A DNA stretch of 64,000 bases from an uncultured Bacilli bacterium (GTDB lineage Bacteria > Bacillota_I > Bacilli_A > RF39 > UBA660). Below the pieces are notes generated by a model. It worked only from the letters and a program-made list of their open reading frames with translations. It did not search any database and had not been told where the DNA came from. The DNA lies in the NCBI GenBank assembly GCA_905235045.1, contig CAJOJO010000009.1, positions 4,241 through 68,240 on the forward strand, written 5' to 3'. The position numbers were made by a program, and so were the translations under genes. The stretch's first letter is position 1. Every line of letters begins with the position of its first letter. Positions 21,521 through 31,426 of the stretch are shown piece by piece.

Positions 21521-22330
21521 TTAATTTACTAATTGATATATAGCTGTATCAGTAATCGTAAACATATCTAAAACATCATTTCCTATATATATTTGAACTT
21601 TTCCAAAGTCTTTTGTTTTTATAATTGCAATATTTGGTCGTGCATAATCTAAAATAGTATATGATAATCCATCAAATTGTGATGGAGCTAAAACACCACA
21701 TTCATTTCCAACAACTGGGGCTTTATCAAGAGGATATACTCGCCATGAGTCAGCTTCAGGACTCAAGTTTAATACTTTCTGATTTTTAACTTTTACATCT
21801 TTTAAATATTTCCACTCAGCTACACCTCTTATTATATTTGTATTATCCATAAAAAAAGCATCTTCTAGTTTCATTTGATTTGGTATACAATAAACACCGT
21901 CTTCATTTGGGAACCAGTCATCCTGTTTTCCTCTTCCAACTTCAATGTGACAATGAACACCTGTAGCTTTTCCTGCATTACCCATATTACCAATTTTTAC
22001 TCCTTGCTTTATAGATTGACCTACATAACAATTAATAACATTATCATGACCACATAAAAATGTAACATAATCAATGCTTCCATCAGCGAGTCTAACTTTT
22101 TCTATTGATTGCCACCAAACAAAGGCATAAGTTCTATTTATATTTACACATCTAACATCTACTGGAGCATAATATGGATATCTTATACCAGATCGTTCTC
22201 CTATAATGTCATTAGCTTCACTTCCCATATGTGATGGTGTATCGTCAGCACCCTGTGTGCAATACCAATCAGTAAAAGGACACAATACATCTTGTATTCC
22301 TCCTCTTATACTTTGCTGTCCTTTTTCCAT
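21521..22330 (-). CDS. Endolysin: M23 metallopeptidase plus phage-type cell-wall-binding C-terminus
   Basis: SH-x-x-x-x-AND, GHD, G-x-x-IG-x-MG-x-x-G-x-ATGVHCH-x-E; C-terminal DSWRVYP-x-x-KAPV-x-GNECG...FGKVQIY resembles Bacillus phage lysin tails; no signal peptide. Confidence 0.85.
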   Translation of the reverse strand: MEKGQQSIRGGIQDVLCPFTDWYCTQGADDTPSHMGSEANDIIGERSGIRYPYYAPVDVRCVNINRTYAFVWWQSIEKVRLADGSIDYVTFLCGHDNVINCYVGQSIKQGVKIGNMGNAGKATGVHCHIEVGRGKQDDWFPNEDGVYCIPNQMKLEDAFFMDNTNIIRGVAEWKYLKDVKVKNQKVLNLSPEADSWRVYPLDKAPVVGNECGVLAPSQFDGLSYTILDYARPNIAIIKTKDFGKVQIYIGNDVLDMFTITDTAIYQLVN

Positions 22331-22331
22331 A

Positions 22332-22682
22332 CTATTCACCACCACTCATCTTTTCAAAATACTTTTTGAATGGTAGCTTAATTCCTAACTCACCAAGATT
22401 TTCATACACTGAAACTCCTTCAGTAGCTATGCACACAATCGCACTACCAATTAAAAACAAATTTACCTTAACAAAATAATCGATAGCAAATCCCAAGATT
22501 AATGCCACTACCCATGAAATTTTTTTTATAAATCCATCCCTAGAAATAGATGAATTTACTTTCTTATTTTTAATTGCTTTTAAATAGCCAGTTAGAATAT
22601 CTGAAAATACAAATATACCACATAATAGAAATAAAGTTTTAGGATTATTTACTTCCAATATTTTTTGAACAAATTCCTCCAT
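22332..22682 (-). CDS. Phage holin (holin-4-like family)
   Basis: DILTGYLKA...NSSISRDG-x-x-KK...E-x-x-SVYENL-x-x-LG-x-x-LP, about three TMs, directly before the lysin. Confidence 0.9.
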   Translation of the reverse strand: MEEFVQKILEVNNPKTLFLLCGIFVFSDILTGYLKAIKNKKVNSSISRDGFIKKISWVVALILGFAIDYFVKVNLFLIGSAIVCIATEGVSVYENLGELGIKLPFKKYFEKMSGGE

Positions 22683-22706
22683 ATCATTTCCTCCTTTTAC
22701 AAGTTA

Positions 22707-22741
22707 ATGATATATCAGTATCTACTAGATATTCACTAGAC
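22707..22741 (-). promoter_or_regulatory. Candidate activator-dependent promoter of holin-endolysin
   Basis: GTCTAGTGAATATCTAGTA (22741-22723), 10 nt, then TATCAT; same architecture at 31323-31357. Confidence 0.7.
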
Positions 22742-22773
22742 AAAAAAAGAATTTAGATATTTCTAAATTCTTT
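22742..22773. terminator. Intrinsic terminator
   Basis: AAAGAATTTAGA-TATT-TCTAAATTCTTT with T-tract on the minus strand. Confidence 0.75.
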
Positions 22774-23369
22774 CAATTAAACTTCACAATATACCAATGT
22801 TCCTTCATTTTTTTAATTGAATTAACTCCATCAACAAGATTATTAATCTTTTTCTTATCAACTGATGAATAGATTATACTTGTTCCTTCATCCGGAAATG
22901 ATCCTATGATTTTAAACTCAATAAGTATATCTTTTTTATTAAACAAATGTATATATACTTCATCATTTATTGATAAATTTTTATATTGAGTAGGCAATTT
23001 TAAATAATTGTTTTCTTCTACCAAATCGAGTTGTTTAATATAATTTATAGCATTTACCCTGTCATCATATTTATTTTTAAATTCAATATTTAATTTAATA
23101 GTGGCAGGATTAAAAACAACAAATAAAAAAGTAAAAGTTGCTAAAAAAATTATTGGATAAACATCGCTTATAGTTTTAACTTCAATAAGTTTTTTGAATG
23201 ACAAAAATAATAATAGTATATATCCAAAAAAAATTATAAAAATTGGTGTTCCAACTAATAGCAAAACAATAATAAACAATTCATCGAAAAACCAAAACAA
23301 TACAAAAGAATAAACGAATAGTAAAAATTCAAAACATATCAATTTCATATTTGTTATATTTTTTAACAT
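22773..23369 (-). CDS. Membrane protein, candidate Rhs immunity protein
   Basis: About three N-terminal TMs plus a soluble domain; first gene after the toxin tip; start uncertain (ORF track 23423). Confidence 0.5.
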   Translation of the reverse strand: MLKNITNMKLICFEFLLFVYSFVLFWFFDELFIIVLLLVGTPIFIIFFGYILLLFLSFKKLIEVKTISDVYPIIFLATFTFLFVVFNPATIKLNIEFKNKYDDRVNAINYIKQLDLVEENNYLKLPTQYKNLSINDEVYIHLFNKKDILIEFKIIGSFPDEGTSIIYSSVDKKKINNLVDGVNSIKKMKEHWYIVKFN

Positions 23370-23513
23370 AATATCACTAACCTTTATTATATTAATAATA
23401 GCATGATTACCTAATTTTTTCAAGTGAAATCTTTCTATTAAATTTTTAATATTTGCTAACTTTTTGATTATATTAGTATATTATCAAAAGTTTAATTTGT
23501 AATAATTAACAAT

Positions 23514-23546
23514 AAAAATCTACGTGAAATAAATACGTAGATTTTT
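23514..23546. terminator. Hairpin after the Rhs toxin gene
   Basis: AAAAATCTACGT-N9-ACGTAGATTTTT. Confidence 0.7.
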
Positions 23547-23568
23547 TAAATTAATACTGGACAATCTC

Positions 23569-25020
23569 TTATTTCATATTGTCATATAAATGATATCCTA
23601 AAGTAATATAATATGTATCTCTTGGATCATCACAAACTGAAGCGGTAAAACAATTTACATAAGTTTCAAGATTATTCCAGTGCTCTTTTAATTGATATAA
23701 CCCAGCTCCTGTCGTTAAGAAATCTAGATCATAACCTATTGCATTTCCTATATATCCAAAATTGATATTTCCTGCATCTTCGGGATCTAAAACTATACCA
23801 TTATACGAAAATGATTTGTTCCACTCAGGAGTTCGCTTTAAGTCAAATTTTCCTCCTGATCCAACATCTTCAACAAAATTAATTAAATTAACTACAGCAG
23901 GTTTATATTTTGTTTCAGCAATTACATCAGCTGCATTTTTTTTCAAAGTATCATTAAATTTTTTAGTTTTATCTGGAACTTTTTTCTTTTGTGTCTTTGC
24001 AATCGCTTTTTTAGCTTTTGAATTTTGACAATCAGTATTTACAAGGGAAATTGCTCCTACAATTACAACAGCTGCAACTATAAGTGTAAATAATCCATGT
24101 CCATCAGGATCAGTATAATTTATAGGGTTATTATTACAATATAAGTACATATTATATCCTAAAACCCCTGTATCAGTTGATAAATAATTATCAGCATTAA
24201 TAAATCTACCCCATAATGGATTATAATATCTACTATTTAAATAATATAGTTTAGTTTCTTTATCATAATAAAAACTTCTGTATCTATATGGATTAATATT
24301 TGCTATATGATTACTATTATTAGAAACATCTAAACCTGTACCATCCGTAATAGAAATTATAGTACCCCATGAATCATATTCATAATTTGCAACAATGTTA
24401 TTATTACTATCAATTATTTGTATAATATCATTTTGTGCATTTTTTACGTAATAATATGTATCATTATTATATTGTAATCCAATCAATCCATTTGCACTAT
24501 TTCGTAGATAATAAATAATGTCATTATTTCTTGTTTCAAAAACAACATCGTTATTCTCAATATAATAGCTAGTATCAACATTATTTATTGTCTTCTTAAT
24601 TCTTATGCCATCTTTGTCATATTTATAGTTGATTGATAAATTTAAATTACTATCAATATAACTTTCAAGCTGTCTACCATTTATCCATGTAAGTGATATA
24701 TTATTACTTATTGATGTTGGATTACCAATATTATCATATACTATAGAATTACCATTAAAAGTTGTTAATTGATCTGTCCAATCATGATTATTATATTCAA
24801 ATTTATAATTTTCTAATTGATTATATGTATCTAGTTCATATACTGTTTTTTTTGTCATATTACCATATTTATTATACTTATATCTTATTGTGATACCCAA
24901 ACTATAATCATCTTCTCTAATTAATTCATTATACTTATCGTAATAATATTTTTTTTCTAAAGTGTTATCATTATATATACAACTAATGTTACCTAATTTA
25001 TTATATTTATACTTTATCAA
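23569..25020 (-). CDS. Rhs C-terminal part: YD repeats, Rhs-associated core, Ntox44-like toxin tip
   Basis: NPYRYRSFYYDKETKLYYLNSRYYNP, PINYTDPDG cleavage motif, DLK...GNINFGYIG...GAGLYQ...DDPRD. Confidence 0.85.
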   Translation of the reverse strand: MIKYKYNKLGNISCIYNDNTLEKKYYYDKYNELIREDDYSLGITIRYKYNKYGNMTKKTVYELDTYNQLENYKFEYNNHDWTDQLTTFNGNSIVYDNIGNPTSISNNISLTWINGRQLESYIDSNLNLSINYKYDKDGIRIKKTINNVDTSYYIENNDVVFETRNNDIIYYLRNSANGLIGLQYNNDTYYYVKNAQNDIIQIIDSNNNIVANYEYDSWGTIISITDGTGLDVSNNSNHIANINPYRYRSFYYDKETKLYYLNSRYYNPLWGRFINADNYLSTDTGVLGYNMYLYCNNNPINYTDPDGHGLFTLIVAAVVIVGAISLVNTDCQNSKAKKAIAKTQKKKVPDKTKKFNDTLKKNAADVIAETKYKPAVVNLINFVEDVGSGGKFDLKRTPEWNKSFSYNGIVLDPEDAGNINFGYIGNAIGYDLDFLTTGAGLYQLKEHWNNLETYVNCFTASVCDDPRDTYYITLGYHLYDNMK

Positions 25021-28000
25021 ATTATTATTATTAGTATAGAAGTTCGCTTACCATTTGATACATAATCATATTTGGTTTCATAGTAATTATTTATTTTACT
25101 TTTAGTAATTCTTCCTAATTCGTCATATGTATTATCTAAACTAGAATTATCTAACAAGCAATTACTTATTCCATCGCCATCATTTAATGTATTATCTATT
25201 GTATGTGATGCATTATTTAATAAATATGTTTTTGAAACAATATTGTTATTTGCATCATAACTATATTTAATTGTAAAATTTCCATTTTTTAACATTGAAA
25301 GTCTCTTTGCCAAATCATACACATACTTAATTGAATTTTCGTTAGTTACTATTTTAAGTAAATCACCATTGCTACCATATTTATAATTATAAATATTATC
25401 CATAGTAGTTAATTTAATAATTCTACCAAATTCATCGTAATCAAATCGTATTTCTTGATTATTGCCATATTTAGAAGTAATTAAATTACCATTATTTGAT
25501 TCATATGTATTGGTCATCATTGTAATATTATTACCAATTTTAACTTTAGAAACATTTAAAAATTCATCATATTCATATTTGTAAATTCTATCATCTTGAG
25601 ATATTTGTGATATATGATTATTATTATTATAAATATAATTTATAACTTTATCACCTGAAGAAATTGATGATATTTGATTTTTATTATTATATTCATAATT
25701 AGTTATTATAATATCATTGTTATTAATTGATTTTATTAACCCTGACACTTGATCATATTCATATTTAGTAGTTTTAAAATTTGAATCAATAGTTTTTGAT
25801 ATAAATCTTCCATCAGTTGTATACTCAGCACTTTTTTCAATAAATTTGCTATTAGTTATACTTTCAAAATAAAATTCATATGCAGGATCACTATTAACTA
25901 AATCATCAATTATTAAATTATTATTTGATACTTTTAAAAACTTTTGTGTTTGCTTGTTTTTTATCACAAAACTACCATTATCATGTCTATCAAATTCGAA
26001 AAGTGAATTATCATTTTGATAGTTTGACATAATAATTGAACTATTACTTATTGTAATATATTTTTCAATAATTGAATGTTTTATTTTAAAATAATCAATA
26101 TTATTTATAGTTACTTTTTCAATTATCCACTTACAATGTGCATGTAAATCTTCCTGTATATTAACTAGATTATTAATACAATTAATATTATTATATGTAC
26201 CACTTTGTCTTATAATATATACTCCATCAACTATTTCTTTACATTGTCCTCTATTAATCATTTTTGTTGATACAATATTACCAAACTCATCATAATCATA
26301 CTCAGTAGAAATTCCTATTTCTGATACACCTTTTAAAAGTTTATTATCACTATCATATTCATATGTAAATTTTTGGCCTTTTGGATTTTTTGAACTAATT
26401 AATTGATTTTGAACATTATATTTATATTCAGTCGTATTATTATCCAAGTGTTTGGTTTTAATTATATTACCTTCATCATCATAATCATATGTGCTATTTC
26501 TAATATCTTTAAACATATTTATATTTGTTATATAAAACTCATTACCATTTAATTCTTGGTTAAAAATAATATTTACTGCATTAAAATCCCATGGAGCTAT
26601 CATTTGCGAAGAATAGAATTGCCATTCGTTTTCATTTGGATTAAGTGCTACTTCAAAAAATCCACCATCTGTTTGTTGTTGTTGAACCGGAATAAAACTA
26701 ACGAACACATTGCATCTTGTTCCACTTCCTAAACCTGTACCGCCTAATAGTCCTGTATGCTTATACCAAAATGATATATTAAATAAATCTCCTTCTCTAC
26801 CACATATATTTAGTCGTTGACTAATACTTGATGTATTTGAAGTATTCATATTAATTTTTAAGCAATTTACATTATCGACAGTAGTTGCTTCAAAAACAGA
26901 ACTAACCGGGAAATTTTGACCTGAATATTGTGTCCATTGACTTAATCCATTAGAAAAATCGGAATTTTCAATCATGTTATAATTATTTGCTACTTCACCA
27001 ATTTCTAATTGAAAATCGTCACAATAGTAATAACCAATTTCTTCCATTATAAGAATAATTTTCAGATTACTATTTGCATTTGATGGATAAAAAATTGTAA
27101 CATCATTTCTTTCAAATTCACTTTCTGTTGAAATAGTACTAGACGAAGATACTTCTTGATTATTTTCATCAATATAAGATAATCTAATTGTTAAATGTTT
27201 GTTGTCTGTTTTAAAATAACCACTAAAAGTATAGAATTTTCCTTTTTCTACAGAAACATCTTGATATGTCGATTGTACTGGATTTGCGCAAGTAATTCTT
27301 AAACTTTGGAAACCTGTATTAGCATAATTAGTAGTTGTTGTTAATGAAACATTATTATTTGGAACAAACAAAATATCATTTAAATCTGTACTTTCAAAGC
27401 TTGAATTTGTTAAAAAATTTTTAACATATCTTATAGGCATATTATTTTTTAAAAGTTTGTTTTTATAAGTGTTTTCACCAAAATATGATACACCATAATC
27501 AATATTTAAGCCATAACCATCATTAATATTGTTATATTCCTTTAATGTAGAAGTAGAAACAGGATTACCATAATCATTAAATGTTATTGTATTAGATCTT
27601 CCATACGAATCTAAAATTGTCGTTGCATTAAATCCATATGTTACTTCGTAATATTTTCCAAGTGTTTGATTACTACCATATTCACTTATTTTTTTTATTT
27701 TATATGGTAAATTACCATAATATTGATATTCTAATTTTTTTCCAGTAACATCTTCAATATCAGTAATTAAACTATTGTTATTATTTGATATACTTACAAC
27801 ACCAAGTGATGATTGAACGCTTATTAAATTATTACTATTATTATATGTTAAATAGAAAGTATCATCACTACTAATAATTGTTATTTGATTTGCGCTATAT
27901 TGAATGTTAATTTCATTTTCATTAACATCAGTAACTTTATTTATACGATTATTTGTATCATAGCTTATTGTTATTATATTATTGTTAATATCCTTAATTT

Positions 28001-29735
28001 CTGTCAAATATCCAATACCGTTTATTTTAAGAAATTTTTTTTCAGTTTTATTTTTATCTCTTAATATATAATAATTATCATTATTTTCTATTACTAAATT
28101 CAATCCATCCTCATCAAAAAATGTATTTTCATAAGTAGTAGTATTGTAGTTATTTGTATTATTATCATACATAACTCTTTGATTTAAAAAATAATGTATT
28201 GTCCCATCTTCGTCAATATATTCCAAATAATTAGTATTTTCAATTAATCGTGATTGTATTGTTTGATGATAATTTAATCTATATCCTATACCATAACCAA
28301 TATCATTCCCTAATACAACATCATTAGTATTATATACCAATTTTAAATTTGCCGGTAAATTACCTCCAATTGTTTGACCTATATTCATTATAGTTGTTAA
28401 ATTACCATTATAAAGATTGTGGCATATTTCACCTAAACTCATTTCTTGTCTTTGGTAACTCATATACTGTTCTAATCCATTTTGATTCCTATATGTTATT
28501 ATCAAATATGGTTTTGGGTTAGTACCTGTAACTGAATTGTTTTTTGAAAAAAACATAGGAATAATATCTGTTTTGTATACTTCATTACTTAATTTTAACA
28601 TCATACCATAGTTTGGAGTTTCTGTATACCATTTTTGAACTAAAGGAGTTATATCAGCACCTGATAAACTTAATATTATGTTACCATTACCATCTTCATA
28701 ATGAATTCTGCGACATATAAATGTTCCTTCTACTCTTGAATCAAATTTATCATTCATTGAATTCCATGTTGCTGTTGTTTCATCCCACGATGTTGTAATT
28801 CTATATATATTGACAATATCAGATGAATATGAAAATGTATAATCTGGATAATTTCGTAAATTTAATTTTGCTGAAATAACTTGACTTCCTGTTCCTAATG
28901 TGGGTAAATCAAATTTTAATAATGATCTATTTATTCTATCACTACCACTTATTCTTTCTACACCAACTTTTAAGAAATCTCTGCTATTTCTGTCATCATT
29001 TGTATCACCAGGATATATGTATGTGTCATACACATTACCATTTTGAGCATTATTCGTAATTGTTGGATCAATAATAACAGGATATTTAATACCTGAGTTT
29101 AACCACTCTTTATCAAGAATTGTTTTTAACTCATAACTATTATCTATTTTATTTAATTCATATTCTACATTGATATTAAGTTCACCACTTGAATCCATCA
29201 TAAATGGCACTTCAAACTTAAATACACATTCATCATTATTCATAGCGATTATACTATCATTTTCTAATTTTAAATCTAAATCAGTGTCAATCTTAAACAC
29301 TAATTTATCAATATCAGAATCTCTATCTTTTATATAAATGCTTTCTTTTACTCTAGATGAAACTAGATCATAACATATATCAACATTTTTTAAAACATTA
29401 ATATATTTTATTTTACCAATAAGTTTTGACATAGACTCTTCTTGTACTATATCAAATTGATTATAGTCTTTTAAAGAGAATGATATAAAATGATTATCTT
29501 TTTCTATTCTCATTAACTCAGGTTTAGGAACTGCAGTGAATAACACTTTATTTTCATTAGCTTTATTTACATAATGATCATCTTCTAAAATCAATGTGTT
29601 ATCAATTTCTTCAAACTTGCCATTATTAAAATAATGAATATTTTCATCATACATTTCTGCTCTGAATTCACCATTTTCTTGGAGAAAATGTTTTTCTTTA
29701 GGTCCTCTTTTATCGACTATTTCTATTTCTTTCAT
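25017..29735 (-). CDS. Rhs/YD-repeat protein N-terminal part with DNRLRE-like and carbohydrate-binding-like domains (WapA-like, no signal peptide); out of frame with 23569-25020
   Basis: YPVIIDPT-DTYI...RSLLKFDLP...NYGMMLK, NSSFE/NSDFS motifs, many Y-x-YD repeats; ATG at 29735 after AAGGAGGT. Confidence 0.85.
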   Translation of the reverse strand: MKEIEIVDKRGPKEKHFLQENGEFRAEMYDENIHYFNNGKFEEIDNTLILEDDHYVNKANENKVLFTAVPKPELMRIEKDNHFISFSLKDYNQFDIVQEESMSKLIGKIKYINVLKNVDICYDLVSSRVKESIYIKDRDSDIDKLVFKIDTDLDLKLENDSIIAMNNDECVFKFEVPFMMDSSGELNINVEYELNKIDNSYELKTILDKEWLNSGIKYPVIIDPTITNNAQNGNVYDTYIYPGDTNDDRNSRDFLKVGVERISGSDRINRSLLKFDLPTLGTGSQVISAKLNLRNYPDYTFSYSSDIVNIYRITTSWDETTATWNSMNDKFDSRVEGTFICRRIHYEDGNGNIILSLSGADITPLVQKWYTETPNYGMMLKLSNEVYKTDIIPMFFSKNNSVTGTNPKPYLIITYRNQNGLEQYMSYQRQEMSLGEICHNLYNGNLTTIMNIGQTIGGNLPANLKLVYNTNDVVLGNDIGYGIGYRLNYHQTIQSRLIENTNYLEYIDEDGTIHYFLNQRVMYDNNTNNYNTTTYENTFFDEDGLNLVIENNDNYYILRDKNKTEKKFLKINGIGYLTEIKDINNNIITISYDTNNRINKVTDVNENEINIQYSANQITIISSDDTFYLTYNNSNNLISVQSSLGVVSISNNNNSLITDIEDVTGKKLEYQYYGNLPYKIKKISEYGSNQTLGKYYEVTYGFNATTILDSYGRSNTITFNDYGNPVSTSTLKEYNNINDGYGLNIDYGVSYFGENTYKNKLLKNNMPIRYVKNFLTNSSFESTDLNDILFVPNNNVSLTTTTNYANTGFQSLRITCANPVQSTYQDVSVEKGKFYTFSGYFKTDNKHLTIRLSYIDENNQEVSSSSTISTESEFERNDVTIFYPSNANSNLKIILIMEEIGYYYCDDFQLEIGEVANNYNMIENSDFSNGLSQWTQYSGQNFPVSSVFEATTVDNVNCLKINMNTSNTSSISQRLNICGREGDLFNISFWYKHTGLLGGTGLGSGTRCNVFVSFIPVQQQQTDGGFFEVALNPNENEWQFYSSQMIAPWDFNAVNIIFNQELNGNEFYITNINMFKDIRNSTYDYDDEGNIIKTKHLDNNTTEYKYNVQNQLISSKNPKGQKFTYEYDSDNKLLKGVSEIGISTEYDYDEFGNIVSTKMINRGQCKEIVDGVYIIRQSGTYNNINCINNLVNIQEDLHAHCKWIIEKVTINNIDYFKIKHSIIEKYITISNSSIIMSNYQNDNSLFEFDRHDNGSFVIKNKQTQKFLKVSNNNLIIDDLVNSDPAYEFYFESITNSKFIEKSAEYTTDGRFISKTIDSNFKTTKYEYDQVSGLIKSINNNDIIITNYEYNNKNQISSISSGDKVINYIYNNNNHISQISQDDRIYKYEYDEFLNVSKVKIGNNITMMTNTYESNNGNLITSKYGNNQEIRFDYDEFGRIIKLTTMDNIYNYKYGSNGDLLKIVTNENSIKYVYDLAKRLSMLKNGNFTIKYSYDANNNIVSKTYLLNNASHTIDNTLNDGDGISNCLLDNSSLDNTYDELGRITKSKINNYYETKYDYVSNGKRTSILIIII

Positions 29736-29745
29736 ATTTACCTCC

Positions 29746-30117
29746 TTAATTTTTATATTTAGATAACTTTTCAATTTCTTTTTTTACATTTGGATAGTAA
29801 TTCTTCCATAATGTAGATACATCTTTATTTTCTTCTTCAGAAACTTTTTCAATTGCTTTAGAAACACTTGTCCCATTAATAACAATTTCTTTATATAATT
29901 TGTTTTCAATACCACTTAAATTACATATATCTTCTTCTATTTTTTTAATGACTTTGTTGTATTGGCTTATAGTTTTTTTAATCAGTTCTATTTCAGCTAA
30001 GATGCCTCTTTCATATTGAGTTAATAGTTTTAATCTTTCTTGCAAACTGTCTAACTCAACTTTTGTGTTAATATAGTTATCTATACATTTCATATAATAT
30101 TTCGCGAAAAAGAACAT
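29746..30117 (-). CDS. Phage late-transcription activator-like protein (ArpU/RinA-like)
   Basis: Coiled N-terminus then L-x-G-I-E-x-KLY...helix-turn-helix-like C-terminus; TAATG overlap with the upstream gene. Confidence 0.5.
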   Translation of the reverse strand: MFFFAKYYMKCIDNYINTKVELDSLQERLKLLTQYERGILAEIELIKKTISQYNKVIKKIEEDICNLSGIENKLYKEIVINGTSVSKAIEKVSEEENKDVSTLWKNYYPNVKKEIEKLSKYKN

Positions 30118-31289
30118 TACGCAGTTCTTTTCCAAGTATATACTTCATATCTAAGTGGAGTTACACTGTGTGTATGTGAGTTTAAAGTATGTGTATGACC
30201 TTGTCCACCACCAGTGTTATTATTAGTAGCTGTCGCATTTTGTGTATAATAAGTTACTAAAGCTGCACCTGCATAGAATCCTGAACTACCAGCTGGTCTA
30301 GTGTCATAATGAGCTGGGTCATTCATCCAAGTATTGTTATTTTGTGCATGACTATGTGGGTTTTGAGTATGTGTATGGCTTGGCATTTGTGCTACGGTTA
30401 ATGCTGTGCTACCAGTTGTATTTGTACTTGGTCCACCTGATGTATTACTTCCTGCTGTGTTACCACCATCACCAGCATATAAATAATATCCATTAATTCT
30501 ATCCCATGTTCCACCAAATAATGTTGCTGGGCTTGTACTACTTACTGAAAGATAAATACTACCAACAGGATATATTAAATCAACAACTTCAGAACTAGTT
30601 AATCCACCACCAATTGGTGTACCATTAATTGTAAGTGAATTAGCAACTATGTTTCCAGCGTTGTCAATGCTAAATGTATTATTTTTAGACGTAATACATT
30701 TTGCAGTTAAATTATCTACTTCAATATTTAATTCATCTCCGATTTTTGTGAATGCGTCTTTGAAGTAAATGTCGTCTAGTGAGAAATCATCACACGCTTC
30801 AGTGTGTCTAGCATAAATTACACTATTAACGAATAGTCTGTTTAAATCATCATCTTTTGGATATACGATTATAATATCAGCATCTGTATAATTAGTATAA
30901 ATGTAATTAGTTCCTTCAAATAAAGTTATGTCTATAGTATCTAATTCTTCGACTACAGGTTCAGATAAAACTGAATTATCGCTTCCAATTAGTCTATTAA
31001 CATATGCCTCTAGAACTATCTTGTTATTCTTTAATGCTACTTTTTGAACTACTTCATCACCCTCCCCACTAGCATATCTTAAAATATCAGTAAGATTGAA
31101 AACATATTGTTTTCTATCATTACTAGGATTTGAAGATGATTGTTTATCAACATAGATAACCAAATCATTTTCATTTGGTGCTACTGATGTCGCACCCATC
31201 TTAATTTTTATCCCTAATGCTGCCGCATTTAGAGAGTCTTGTAAGCTGATTTCATTTGTACCGCTTACGCTTTGATTCGTTAAATTCAT
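30117..31289 (-). CDS. Phage tail/baseplate-related protein (gp10 C-terminal-like domain)
   Basis: IYPVGSIYLS...P-x-x-LFGGTW...LTVAQMPSHTH...HTH repeats...VYTWKRTA. Confidence 0.8.
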   Translation of the reverse strand: MNLTNQSVSGTNEISLQDSLNAAALGIKIKMGATSVAPNENDLVIYVDKQSSSNPSNDRKQYVFNLTDILRYASGEGDEVVQKVALKNNKIVLEAYVNRLIGSDNSVLSEPVVEELDTIDITLFEGTNYIYTNYTDADIIIVYPKDDDLNRLFVNSVIYARHTEACDDFSLDDIYFKDAFTKIGDELNIEVDNLTAKCITSKNNTFSIDNAGNIVANSLTINGTPIGGGLTSSEVVDLIYPVGSIYLSVSSTSPATLFGGTWDRINGYYLYAGDGGNTAGSNTSGGPSTNTTGSTALTVAQMPSHTHTQNPHSHAQNNNTWMNDPAHYDTRPAGSSGFYAGAALVTYYTQNATATNNNTGGGQGHTHTLNSHTHSVTPLRYEVYTWKRTA

Positions 31290-31322
31290 ATTCTTATCAC
31301 CCTTTCTTGATTTAACACCTAC

Positions 31323-31357
31323 ATAGTAATTTAAACTTTACTGGATATTCACTAGAC
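31323..31357 (-). promoter_or_regulatory. Candidate activator-dependent promoter of the baseplate-activator-Rhs operon
   Basis: GTCTAGTGAATATCCAGTA (31357-31339), 10 nt, then TACTAT. Confidence 0.7.
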
Positions 31358-31426
31358 TTTTTTTCTTTTTTCAAAAAAAAGAAACAAATAGTTATCTCAT
31401 TTGTTTCCCCATTTAAATTTAATTTT

